The position numbers and the translations under genes are program-made. Under the pieces are notes generated by a model that saw nothing but the letters and a program-made list of their open reading frames with translations, did not search any database and was not told the origin of the DNA. 64,000 nucleotides of DNA, taken from positions 6,324,001 through 6,388,000 of the forward strand of contig CP158636.1 of assembly GCA_050273025.1 (NCBI GenBank). The letters are read 5' to 3'. This DNA comes from Cenococcum geophilum (Eukaryota). Shown one piece after another: positions 37,662 to 49,589 of this stretch (position 1 is its first letter; each line of letters opens with the position of its first letter).

Positions 37662-39765
37662 ACCTTTCACCACACATGCAACCTTACCAAAAGGTAGCGC
37701 CACACTTCAAAACTTACGCATACCCATCTTACCATCAAAAACAATCGATTTTCCAAGTTTCAAGACCTAACTCCTACTGCCTAGCGAGCTAGAGGTGGAT
37801 TTATTTGTCATTTTACCCCCTTATCCCAACAGAAAATTTTCTCTAGGGGTGGTCCTAGCTTGTAAACGAGGCACAGACAGGAACACCAAAACTACTACCA
37901 CTACCACCAATACCAATACCAACACTAATAGGGGCTAGTCTTTCTACTGCCTTTTAGCCTAATCTCCCCAGAAATCTTCTAGTAGGATTAGTAAGGAGAA
38001 AGGGTATAAGGATAGTAAAAACTAGGAAACCCCCCTATAAGATGCCAAAGTCTAATAGGCATAAAAAAAAACCTCCTATAGAAATAAGTGATAATGAGTC
38101 TACGACTACATTCACTTTTTCTGCCCCTTCTCCTTCTCCTGGCCTATTTGGGACAGGAGAAAAAAGAGGACATCCTCAGTCTTCTACTGAAAAAGAAAAC
38201 CAAAAACCTGCAAAAAAGACAACAAAATTAATGACTTTTACGGCTGGTATACCTAGTATATCTTTCCCTCCCCTTTCTCCTAAACAACACCTACAAAAGG
38301 CCCTAGAAAGCCTAATACAGGCCTATAAAGGGCTAGAAGAAGAAGAAAAAGAAGAAGAAAAAGAACAAGTCAAACAGCTAGAGGACTATACACGGAGTAT
38401 TCTAGCAGGAGAAAATCCCTTTATGGAAGGAAAAGAAAAGGCAAAAGATATCCTACAAGGATTAGTCGAAGAAGTAAGAGCTCTCCGTAAGGAGGTAGCT
38501 CCTACTAAGGAAACCTACGCAGAGAGACTAAAGAAGAACCTCCCTTCCTCGTCCCCTCTACCCTCCTTACCAATACCATCTCCTACCCTTTCTACTTCTA
38601 CTAGAAATAAGAAAAAGCAGCTACAAGAAAGGAAGCTAGTCCTTATTACAGACCAAAAGGACCAACCTCTAGATACTTTCTCTATACGAAACAAAGTCAA
38701 TCAACTATTTGCATCAAAACTGCAAGTAAAAAAGCCAGTTCTAGGGTCTATAGGAAGAACTAAAGGAAAACAAAACATCCTTCTTACAACTACAGAAGAG
38801 TATAATGCAGATTTCCTAGTCAAATATAAGGAAATATGGCATAACTGCTTTACCTTTCAAAGAGAACAAAAACTAGAACCATGGGTTCAAATTATAGCCC
38901 ATGGGGTTCCTACCCTACCTTTCCTAGGAGAAGGAGGCTCTAAGCTTCTAAAAGAAGAAATTGAGACCTTTAATCCTATAAGGATACAAGGACTACCTAG
39001 ATGGATCTCATCTAGTGAAAAAAGACACAATCCACAGACCAGATTTGGCTCTATAGTTTTTACTATAGAGAACGAAGAAAAAAGACAAGAAATCCTTAAG
39101 CAAAAAGAGATATCAATTGCAGGTACAGCTACTAAGGTAGTAAAATACCTCGAAGTCTCTCCTACTACGCAGTGTACGAGCTGCCAAAAATTTGGCCATA
39201 TAGGAGACAGGTGCTCTACTAGAGCCTGTAGATACTGTGCAGCTGCACATTTATCTAAAGACCATTCCTGTTCTACCTGTATAATAACAGGCAAACCTTG
39301 CCAGCATACCACCCCTCTTTGCATTAATTGTAAAGAAAAACACTTTGCTAATAGTAAAGACTGCGAGACTCTTAAAGCAGCTAGACTAGTATGTAATGGA
39401 GATTCTATGGAAGAATAAAACAGATAGGATTCTAGAAGGAGGCAACTCCTACTAGGCTCTTAAAAAGATATTAGAGAGCAAAAGGACAGAAATAAATCGC
39501 AAAAGGACAGGGACAGGTGTTAGGATTTCCTATGGTTTTTCCTACCGTTTTCTTATTCCCTAGTAGTTGCAGCACCTTAGTATTTTATTAAGGAGCTATA
39601 AACCCTTAGGGGTTTATAAACTACTAGGACATAGCTACTAGTACATGTTAAGCTGCCTAGAAAGGATTCATGTATATAGAACTATAGCGCCATAGCCTAG
39701 AGGCTGCATGCGCAGTATTGTACGTAGTATAATACAACGGACCTAAAAAAAAAAAAAAAAAAAAA
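37662..39765 (+). mobile_element. ORF1-only non-autonomous LINE derivative (~2.1 kb) with poly(A) tail and 14-bp TSD
   Basis: TSD AAGGCTCTGCACAA at 37648-37661 and 39766-39779; poly(A) 39745-39767. ~380-bp 5' UTR, intact ORF1, then a ~325-bp 3' segment homologous to the 3' end of the LINE at 47407-49565. Confidence 0.92.
38042..39418 (+). CDS. LINE ORF1 gag-like nucleic-acid-binding protein (458 aa), intact
   Basis: Coiled-coil and TYAE motif; 'QIIAHGVP', 'PRW' and 'GSIVFT' pre-knuckle motifs; Cys/His knuckles QCTSCQKFGHIGDRC, CRYCAAAHLSKDHSC and CINCKEKHFANSKDC, typical of fungal Tad1-like ORF1. Confidence 0.92.
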   Translation: MPKSNRHKKKPPIEISDNESTTTFTFSAPSPSPGLFGTGEKRGHPQSSTEKENQKPAKKTTKLMTFTAGIPSISFPPLSPKQHLQKALESLIQAYKGLEEEEKEEEKEQVKQLEDYTRSILAGENPFMEGKEKAKDILQGLVEEVRALRKEVAPTKETYAERLKKNLPSSSPLPSLPIPSPTLSTSTRNKKKQLQERKLVLITDQKDQPLDTFSIRNKVNQLFASKLQVKKPVLGSIGRTKGKQNILLTTTEEYNADFLVKYKEIWHNCFTFQREQKLEPWVQIIAHGVPTLPFLGEGGSKLLKEEIETFNPIRIQGLPRWISSSEKRHNPQTRFGSIVFTIENEEKRQEILKQKEISIAGTATKVVKYLEVSPTTQCTSCQKFGHIGDRCSTRACRYCAAAHLSKDHSCSTCIITGKPCQHTTPLCINCKEKHFANSKDCETLKAARLVCNGDSMEE

Positions 39766-40129
39766 AAGGCTCTGCACAAGGGTACCCTATAGTAGAATTT
39801 ATAGCTCCATACCAAAGTCCCAATTTAGCACTAGCCCGGCTAGCTTTCTTACGTATATTTAACTGCGTGCGAGTAAGGAGATATTAGGCTACTTTCTTAG
39901 TCCACTTAACTAAAGCATTACTAGACTCTAGGATTTAATTAACGATTTTGGCTATAATCTTACTTCGAATAGCGTAATTTATTCGGTCTCAGAAGCGTAT
40001 AGATATTGCATTACTTTCATTTATAATATCCTTAACTACCCCTTTAATCTCGTATAAACGAGTGCTGCTAATACTAAACCTGGATATAATCTACTTATCC
40101 TTCCTAGGAGTTTTACCAGTAGACTTATA

Positions 40130-43100
40130 CTATGCCTCCTCCATAGTATATATACCATTTAATTGTGTTATTACTATACTAGGTGCGTATAGTATTAGCA
40201 AGGGACGCAGGATTAAAGGTTTATAAATATTTAGCGGTTATAAATTAATTATAATAGGTACTATAGGATATAATACTGCTTTATATATTATTAGCGCTTA
40301 GGATAATATACTACTTAGTGTATTTAACTTACAATTTAAAAGAAGTAAGCCGTTATAGTTATTAGGATGGCTAGCAGATCGCCGCAGATTATAGCTATTA
40401 AATTAGTTATATAATACACTGCCCTTTTTAGGTACAAACCCACCTATTTAATCTTAATAACAACGTAAGGAGCCGCATTTATCGCTATTATAATAGGCTT
40501 AATAAATCGCCAGTGCCCTAAATATAAGCGCACGATTTCTATTATAGGTGGATTAGCGCGACATAAGCTATACTGCAAAGCTATGGGTATAGACTATCTT
40601 AACTAACAGGATAATATCTATTTTATAATTTAGGCTTAAGCGGATACATATAAAGACGACAAATTTACTATAGAATAATAGGTACACGACCTTATAGCAA
40701 CTAACACCGCTATTAATAATACTTTACTAACTATTATAGGAAATACTAGCTTAATATTAGCAGAGGAGCTAAGTAATATAGCACCGGTAGAATAACTAAC
40801 CAGCACCAAAACGCACAGTCACGCGGCAATAAGCCTCTCTACCTTAAATATTTATTATACCTAAACTTATTATAAAGTGACTGGCCGCCATATAGGAACC
40901 CTACTTAACTACCCAGAGGGGAACTCTAATTAGCAGTTTGCTATAGATTGCGACTACCCACTAAGGCCTAGCCAGCCAGCAGATAGAATAAACGAAGGTA
41001 ATAATATATTCTACCCTTTTATAAGCTCTATAGAATAGGCGTAAGTTGCCTAATAGGTACGTAATAGTATATTAGTAAAAGAAATAGACGCGTGGCTATA
41101 AGACCCCTATATTAAAAATATAAGGGACGGATATATATTATACCAAAATGCAAAAAAAGTTAAGACAAAACTATATTCTATTTCTAAAGGTATAAGTAAT
41201 AAGAGCTGGCGAATTACAGAACTTAATATATATGGCAAAAACCTAAAGATATACCACCATAATATACTTAGCGTGGTGGCCTTCCTAATTGGTCATTTCC
41301 CATTTAAAGATAATATGGTTTATTCTCCTATTTATTAGTTTAACGTAAAAGGTAATAGAGTATATAATAAGGTATATACGGCCGACCGTTAATAGGAGAT
41401 CCAAGATTAATTACCTGATGGTGTAACAGCTATTATAGTAATACCTAGTAGCGACCAAACTAAGCTAACTACACTATCCGGAAATAAAAAGGCGCATCTA
41501 GTTTATATTACGATACTTAATATCCTATTAAAGACTTAATATATAGCTAGTAGGCCAGTAATACTTCTTCTAGGTTATATACCTACGGACTTACTAAGTA
41601 ACCGGATAAACAAGCTAGATATATACTATTAAGTAATAAGCATTATATTTAAACGTAAGTATTTACCTTAGCAGTGTATAGGTACTTAAGTTAACATAAA
41701 AACTAGCCCTTAAATACGCTGCTAGGCGCGGCATGTTAATATAATACGCGGATAGGTTTATCCGGCAATGCTATCCTATACTTATTAGGTTTATAGCAGA
41801 TTATAAGGAGCAGGTTATATTAATAGGAGTAAAATTAGGGTAATACTATATAATGTGTTATATACCGCCTTATAAACAAGATAACCTACTAAGCACTATA
41901 TCCGGCAAATGGCCGCGACGGACACACAAATCAACTATTAAGCAACTTAAACGATAGTAAAACTTATAGCTAGATCGCAGCGACCCTAAGTATATTAGGC
42001 CAATTTAAAATTTTGCCTAGTCCTATTATATAGCGGATATACACGCTATAATGGCCCCTAATTTACTACACTAGCTATATAAAGGCGTTACGGAGCATTT
42101 AATAAGCTGGCTTTAGGCACTACTACTTAATATTAAAAAAGGAAAAGGGAAGGTTCTAATAACTAATTAGAGTAGTATAAAAACCCTATTATCTATTAAG
42201 GATAGGGTAGAACGTCTTTTAACCGCATAATTCACTAATATTAAACCCTTTTAGGGTATAATTAGATAGGATAACTTCGCAAAGTTAAGCTAATAGACTG
42301 GAAAGATATATAAGTCCCTTCTTCGTCAGATTATACTAGTTATAGCACCGTTACTATATAGGTATAAGGGGGCAATGCTGTTTATTTATGCTATAGTTAA
42401 CTTTATATTATTAGCCGAATATAAATTATATAATAAAGATACAATTAAATATCTTAAAGCTGTATTATATCAAATAGATAAGACTAAGGAGGCGTTCTTA
42501 CTATACTAACCTAACGACAAAAACCCACCTAATTTTAACATACCTAAACTTTATGCAATTTCCTACTATCCGGAGATAATTTGTATATTTGGCGCCCTAA
42601 TAGGAACTACAACAGAGTATGGCGAAAGGGCATATATTCCTTAGAAGAATTTTTATTAAAGATTAAATAAGCGTAAAGAGTATAAAGAGTAAATAATTTA
42701 TCTTAATACGGAATTAATAAACACTATAGTAATATAAGAGATAGAGCTATAGGAAAATATAAGGCTAATACTAGCAGCTAATACTATAGAAGATTTATAC
42801 ATTATATTATTATTAGGCATAGTTAACCTAACAGACGAGCCGTATAGATGGGATTACTGCTAGTTAACTAACTAAATGTTTTCGATATACGGAATAAACC
42901 TAAATTTATAGCGCAGAGCCTACGAAATTTAGACTAGGCTAGGTATTAATGAATTTGTTATAAAACTAGCTTTATTTATATAGGAATGTTATAAGCGAGT
43001 TAATAGTATATAAGCAACGGATTTAGACGTTAAGCGCTTTAAAAGGGATACAGCCTAGGCACAAGATTTACCTATTAGTATTTATTACTCTATAATATAC

Positions 43101-43635
43101 TATATTTAACGCGGTAAAGACTTTTATAATTTTAATTAACTATATAAAGCACGGGCATATTGCAATCCAGTCTAAATATAGACCACTACCCTATGAAGGG
43201 ACTAAGTTCTTATACAAGAATATAAGAACGTAATAGATAAAATAAAGGGAACGCGGGCTGCCAGTCTAGAATTGCTAATATCGGTATAGGACTTAAATTA
43301 TATAGGTGAGAATGGTAGATACTAAGTATACCATAGAGCACTTTTTAAGCTATTCCGTCCATGCAATGGAGGTAAGGTAAATCCTTTTAATAGGATAATT
43401 AAAGTAGAACAATTTCCTATAAATATAGCGCAAAATAGACGAAACCTAGACGGCTACCGAATATACGACATTTCCTATATTAAGAGACCTATATAACTAA
43501 TACCAACTTCACTAAATAAAAGAAAAACGTTCTAGATAAACTTATACACAGATTAGGACATATACAATCGATTCTATAATAATAATTTTCTTTAGATTAA
43601 CAGCACACGCGCAGATAAGTTTATAAAGAAATAAA
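40130..43635 (+). pseudogene. Plavaka-family transposase (EnSpm/CACTA Tnp2-related), RIP-inactivated; 5' boundary uncertain
   Basis: 'YPFISSIE*' (~41012). 'VYNKVYTADR**EIQD*LPDG...SSDQTKLTTLSGNKKAHLVYITILNI' (~41360-41524). 'YADRFIRQCYPIL..FIADYKEQVIL' (~41745-41822). 'DIHAIMAPNLLH*LYKGV' (~42036-42090). 'FNIPKLYAISYYP..I..FGA' (~42534-42596). Likely GT-AG intron starting at ~41655. Confidence 0.9.
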
Positions 43636-43899
43636 AATCTAAAACTAAGCTTCTAATTAAATCATGGGAGGCCTTAGAACAAAAATAAAAACGGCTAATA
43701 TAATAGGGAATCCGGTATATTTAATCCCTAGGAATCTAGGCAAATTGGCTATAAGATAAGGCAAGATAGAAAGAAGTTAAGAAAGCCGTTAGTTAGCTTA
43801 AAGGTAGAGGCGGCGTGTCCAATATATGGGTAAATTAAGTAGTAAAGGGGCTCGTTAGAGTAAGAGGCTGGCTAGCTATATATATTTTTGCGGATTTTA

Positions 43900-44760
43900 T
43901 ATTAGCAGAGTAGTATAATAACCCCCCCTCTTCTACCTTTCTCTTCTAATTTACTACACGTTTTTCTTTAATAGGCTTTATTTTTATAATAATCTCTACC
44001 TTTATAGTCTAAGCTTCTTTTAACTGTTCACAATTAAGTATATTAACTTTATTAACACTTAGGGCTAAATTAATAGCTAATCTTTGTAACCGCCGTTTCT
44101 TAACATATAGAATAGCCTTATATTGCTCCTCTGTAAAGGCTCTCCTTAAGTTTTAAATATAAAACGACTTTATTAGCTTATCGCCTAAGCTAATACGCTT
44201 TAAGGGAGATTCTAGGTAAAAAAAGGCAGAAATAGCGCGATTAAACTGACTCTATGTCTTAGGTGTATCTATAGGCTAACTAGGTATAAAGGGTAGCTCC
44301 GGAGTACGTCTTAATAAGGGAGGAGAATAAGGATAGCCATTAAGCACTTACTACTTAGGTGGTGTTAACCTACTAAACTACTAGAAAAGGTTAGCCATAT
44401 CCATATAAATTAGTTAAATTCTTATATTTTTATAGGCGGTTATAACGCTCTTACCTATAAAGATTAGCTCTAGTACTTACTTATTAGTAGGAATTCTTAA
44501 TATTACGCAGCTAACGGTAAGATAATACGGTAATCTACCATAATTTGCCCTAAGTGGGCTAGTAATAGGTCTAAGCTCCCCAGCAGAACATTAAAATCTC
44601 CCCCTTTACTCCTTTATTTTATTAACTGTATCTATACTAGCAAATATATAATTTAAAAGTGTTATACTTTATCTTTATATCTTTATTAACTTCTTTAACT
44701 TCTTCTACGTTAGTTATACTAAAGGTTTACTAACCTCTACCATCCTAAAAGAATATAACT
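43900..44760 (-). pseudogene. Decayed ORF with a 'STPELP...TPKT' segment and charged C-terminus (cargo, or C-terminal remnant of a pogo/Fot1-like transposase)
   Basis: Minus frame ...TPELPFIPS*PIDTPKT*SQFNRAISAF...EEQYKAILYVKKRRLQRL... No catalytic motif seen. Confidence 0.3.
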
Positions 44761-46129
44761 ACAGCTTCTAAAAAGAATAAGGTATAAACTACCCTCTATA
44801 TAACTACTTAAAATACTAATATATACCTACCACTAAGGTAAAGGTAAAAGAAATAGCACTGCTAGTGTAAGAAGAATTTAGAAACGTATACGCGAACGGC
44901 AGTTAGGCTAAAGTACTATAAATAGTATATGTACGGTAGCATGCAGCTAACTTTAGTAGACGGCTATATATGGCGATAAAGTATCCAGGGATAGTATCCT
45001 AAAACGTTAGTTAGATATAAATAGCGATTCTAAAGAAGATAGAGGCTTAATGCCCTAGGGAAGAGCGCATTGTTAATAACTCCAGTAGAGTTTAAATAAA
45101 GAATCTCTAGATCTATATATATAGAATTTAACTATAGTATCTATTATATAGACTCTATTCCTTTACACCCGCTTACGCTTTAACAGCGGTTATAAGTCCT
45201 AAATCGCCCTAATAAGCGGCTTTAATGCTACTATCCCTCTACTAAAGAGCTTATCTCTAGTGCTGAAGATAACTCTATAGCCGAGTCGTTTTATATAGCG
45301 CCTATACGCAGTAATAAACCGCAGAAGTCTTAATACGGTATATATACAGTTGGAAGATAGTAAGGAATAAAACGTGGTAGTAAACCTAAATTAAAACTTA
45401 CGGATAAACTAATATCAAAAGCTGCTATGCGCTTCTTTTTAATGTTTATAATATTAGGTAAGGCTCCTAAAGGTCTTTCTCTTACGCTATAGCCAAAAGG
45501 GAACGTAAAGACTCTAGAAAAGACAATAGACTTAGTATAGGATAAAGCAGTAGAGTATAATGGGGTTTCTAAAGGTAACGGTTCTAGCAAGGCTATATAA
45601 AAACCATCGCCATTAATATATCGCATGGCAAGCTACCTCTTATTGCTTCTATATATACTAATATAAAATAGATATATAATAGCATCAGCTAGTTCCGGTC
45701 TTACCTATTAAGACGCATACGAGATTACGTAAAGGCTAAGTACTTATTTAGAAAGCTCTCTAAGTAGGAAACAATTGCTAAAGTAGAAGAGCTACTCTAT
45801 ATAGATAACTTTTAATGCTCTAAGATAGTACGCATAGCTATACTACCTTAGCACTCTCCTAACTATTTACAGGGCGAGCAATCCCGCTTTATAGCACCAG
45901 TTATTATAGTTAATCTCTCCAAGTTATTCTTTAAAGAAAGGTAGCAATTTAGGTTCGGTATAGATACGCAGCACTTTCTACGCCTAATTAGCCCTAGGGC
46001 TGTTATACTAATTTGTATAATAATCCGCCACGTTATTAATAAATGGAAAAGTGGTAGTTTTACCCAATAAAAGTTTAAAGTAGGTACCAATCTTAATAGT
46101 AATTTATTCTTTCTCTACCCTCGTTCTAA

Positions 46130-47125
46130 CTACCTAGGCTATACCGTAACTAACTCTAATATTAGCTATATAGGAACGGATAAAGGCTATATAGGCAGAT
46201 TAGTTAACAGAGCGCCAAAACCGGATTTTAGGGCTTCTATAACAGGGCGTCTTAAAAAGACATTAAGTAACTATATACAGCAACGACCCTACTATATAAG
46301 TAATTCCAAATCTATTTAAATATAGTCTTAATAATCTTTCTAACCTAGATTTTAACTATAACGCAGGATTTAATAAGCAGCGCTTTAATATACTTTTACT
46401 AGTATACAACTATTTATAATAACAGTTCTAGACTAATACTTATATCTAGGTACTTAACGCGTCCCTTTCCTTAAACCTAGATACCTCTCGCCCTTTTGGC
46501 ACTATTACTTAGCCTAATACACCCTATAATATATCGCCTAATTAGACTAACTATAGTACCAATTACTAAGGCGGTAGGCCTAACGATATTAGCGACCCTA
46601 ATAGCGGTACGGATAGCGGGACTGATATAAATAAGTGTTATAACGGATATAGTGGAGTTAATATAGATAAAGATGGCGATGCGGATAATAGAATAGATAT
46701 AGCTCTAGGTAGAAATATAGATGATTAGAATAGTGTGAGAAAGGGGGGCAACGAATATAATAGAGTGGACATAGGCAATAATGCCGGCGTAAATAGTAGA
46801 GAAGATATGGATAAGGATAGTGGCGCTAGTAATAATTTCGGAAATAATACCTATAAGCTTATTTTTAAAGGTATAAAATCGCGGAATTGGAAATGTACTA
46901 TTAATATACTATATCGCTAGAATTACGAACAGTTAATAGCTGCAGTTAAGCTATTTAGAAAGACGCTTAGGGCTAAACCTAATGTAAGTCTTTAGTATAC
47001 TATTGGAAAAGAGGTTAAGTCTATACTATTTAATAATAAGGATCTAGATATCTTTAGAACAAGGGTAGAAGAGGGGCTAGGCAAGGCAAATACTTCGTAG
47101 TCTGTAATAGGTTTAGAGGAGTAGC
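46130..47125 (+). pseudogene. Decayed ORF with Asp/Gly/Asn-rich low-complexity region and a small globular C-terminal domain (possibly PB1/ubiquitin-like)
   Basis: The frame containing ORF 46735-46920 continues through RIP stops: YKLIFKGIKSRNWKCTINILYR*NYEQLIAAVKLFRKTLRAKPNVSL*YTIGKEVKSILFNNKDLDIF. Confidence 0.35.
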
Positions 47126-47171
47126 TATTTTATATAGTAGTTATAATATAAATATATTTTTAAAGGCATAT

Positions 47172-47333
47172 TATAGCAATCTATAGCAATCTATAGCAAT
47201 CTATGGTAATCTATGGCAATCTATAGCAGTATATTATAATTTATACAGTTCGTACAGTTTGTACAGTTTGTACAGTTCGTACGGTTTATATAGTTCGTAC
47301 AGTTCGTACAGTTCGTACAGTTTATACAGTTTA
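47172..47333. repeat. Adjacent minisatellites: 10-bp (atagcaatct)n and 9-bp (gtacagttc/t)n
   Basis: About 6 copies at 47172-47229 and about 10 copies at 47242-47333. Confidence 0.9.
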
Positions 47334-47406
47334 CGCGCTATTTATTTATAGGGTAGTAAAAAGCTAGCATTAGTTTAATAGTTAAGCGTTTTGCTATAAT
47401 TTACTC

Positions 47407-49565
47407 TTTTTTTTTTTTTTTTTTTTTATATCCATTGTATTGTACTACGTACAATACTGCGCATGCAGCCTCTAGGCTATGGCGCTATAGTTCTATATAC
47501 ATAAATCCTTTCTAGGCAGCTTAATATATACTAGTAGCTATGTCCTAGTAGTTTATAAACCTCTAAACTAGAGGTTTACCGCTCCCTAGTAGATTACTAG
47601 GTTACAACAACTATTAGGTAGTATTAAAACAGTAGAAAAACGGTAAAAGAAACGGTAAAAGAATCCTAACGCCTGCCCCTGTACTTTTTATAGTTTATTT
47701 CTATCCTTTTGCTCACTGCTGTCTATTTACTAGGAGTTTAGTAGGAGTTACCTCCTTCTAAAGATCCTTCTTCTATTAGCCACTTTCTAGTAGCTATTTT
47801 TGTCCTACTTAGGAATAGAAAAAGCGCCCTTCTTCCTTTCTCTATACAAAAAAGCTTCTCTAGGGAGAGAGAAGAGCTTAGTTATCTTTGCATTTCTTTT
47901 CTTTCTTCCCAGTATAATCTGCATTCTAGTAATAGGTGCTTAGGAGTCTGTATAGCTCTACAGTCCTTAAAGCATCTACCTTCTTTATCTTTCCCTATTG
48001 TCTTAGAGAAGGATTTAAAGAAGCCTTTTCCTAGTTTTAGTTGAAAAAACGCTGATTATAGCTTTTTAGGATATTTATCCTTAGGGGCTTTAAGAGATAA
48101 AGAGTAGTTTCCTCTAGAGATCCTAGTATAGTATTTTCCTTTATTTTTATTCTGTTGCCAATTATTTTTCCACTATCCTAGTATCTTTTCTCTTGCTGCT
48201 CTCCCTATGTAGGCTAGGGATGTATAAGAAGATTATATTTTTCTTCTAGAAAGGCCCTTTTTAGCTAGCTTATCTGCTATTTCATTTCCATAAATTCCTA
48301 GGTGGCTAGGAACCCAGTAGAAGTTAATAGAGATACTCTTACTAGCTAGATAAGAGCAGCTTTGCGTAATTTTAAAGACTAGTTCTTATCCCCCTATAAG
48401 AGAATTAAGCTATAATCTTTTAATAGCTGCTTGGCTATCTATAAAGATATAAACCTATTTCTCTTCTAGTCTTTATTGTTTTAGATATTCTAGGGCCCTA
48501 TAAACTGCATAAAGTTCTGCGTCTATAATTTCTATATAAGGCCCTAGATTCCAATTTGTTGCGTATTTAATCCTCTTTCTCTCCCCTATTTTACATACGG
48601 CCGCTATACTTAATTTACTATCTTTAGAGCCGTCTATATAGTATATATCTACTAGGTCCCATTCTAGGGATTCTTATAGATTTTCTACTAGTCTTAAATG
48701 TTCTTGTGCAGCTTCTTCTTTACTACCCCTAGAGATAGAAAAGAATGCAGAAATAGGGGGAGACCACGGTTTTTGCCAATCTAAAGAGATTCTCTCTATT
48801 TTCCAATTTTGAATTAGTTGTTAAACTCTAGAAGCTAGAGATAGTAGTTGAGTTTTTGGCTGTAGAAGGTGCCTTATAGTAGAGTTTCTAGGGCTAGAGC
48901 TAAAACTAGAACTAGTTGCTAGTTCCTCCCTATCCTTATCAATCTCTTCTATATAGGCCTTCTTAATTGCGTAGTTTTCTTTAAATTTTAGGATTCTTAA
49001 TGTATAGCTATTGCAAAGCTTTTTAAATCTAATTCTAGGAGGAGGAATAGAGGCCTCGATTTCCATAGCTTGGGTAGGAGATCCTCTAAACGCTCCTAAA
49101 ACTAGTCTTAGGGCCTCATTTTGTAGAGATTGGTACCTAGCTAGTAGGTAGTCTCTAGATTTACTTTTCCACCAGCATTGTATTCTATAGTCTGCTATAG
49201 TAGTAACGCAAGCTATATAGAGCTGTCGTAGAGCTTGTAGAGATAGACCTCTTTATATATTGCCTAGTCTTCTAATTAAATAGAAGGCTGTTTTTACTTT
49301 AGAGATTTTTATTTCTACGTGTTGTTTAAAAGTAAGCTTAGAGTCTAGAAATACCCCTAACCACCTAACTAGGGGTTTAGGGGATATTTCTATATCTCCT
49401 AGCTTTAGCCCTTCTTCTATAGTAGTACGCTTACTATAGAAGTGTATAAGCTCTGTTTTACTAATATCAAAACTAATAGCGGCTTCTTTAGCTCTGGACA
49501 TTAGCTCTAGCGCTATTCCCTCTAGCTTTTTACAATTAGATTTAGCTGAGTTCGAATAGGTAGTT
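47407..49565 (-). mobile_element. 5'-truncated LINE (RT C-terminus, RNase H, zinc knuckle, 3' UTR, poly(A)), partly RIPed
   Basis: Poly(T) at 47407-47427. ORF fragments 'SFDISKTELIHF...VRWLGVFLDSKLTFKQHV' and 'MEIEASIPP'. RNase H 'YIDGSK' (~48625-48642) and 'FYWVPSHLGIYGNEIADKLAK' (~48260-48323). Confidence 0.92.
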
Positions 49566-49589
49566 ATATATTAGCTAGTAATACAGTAG

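Noticed and set aside
38515..39324. Minus-strand ORFs 38515-38700 and 38887-39324
   Set aside because: Antisense shadows of the intact LINE ORF1.
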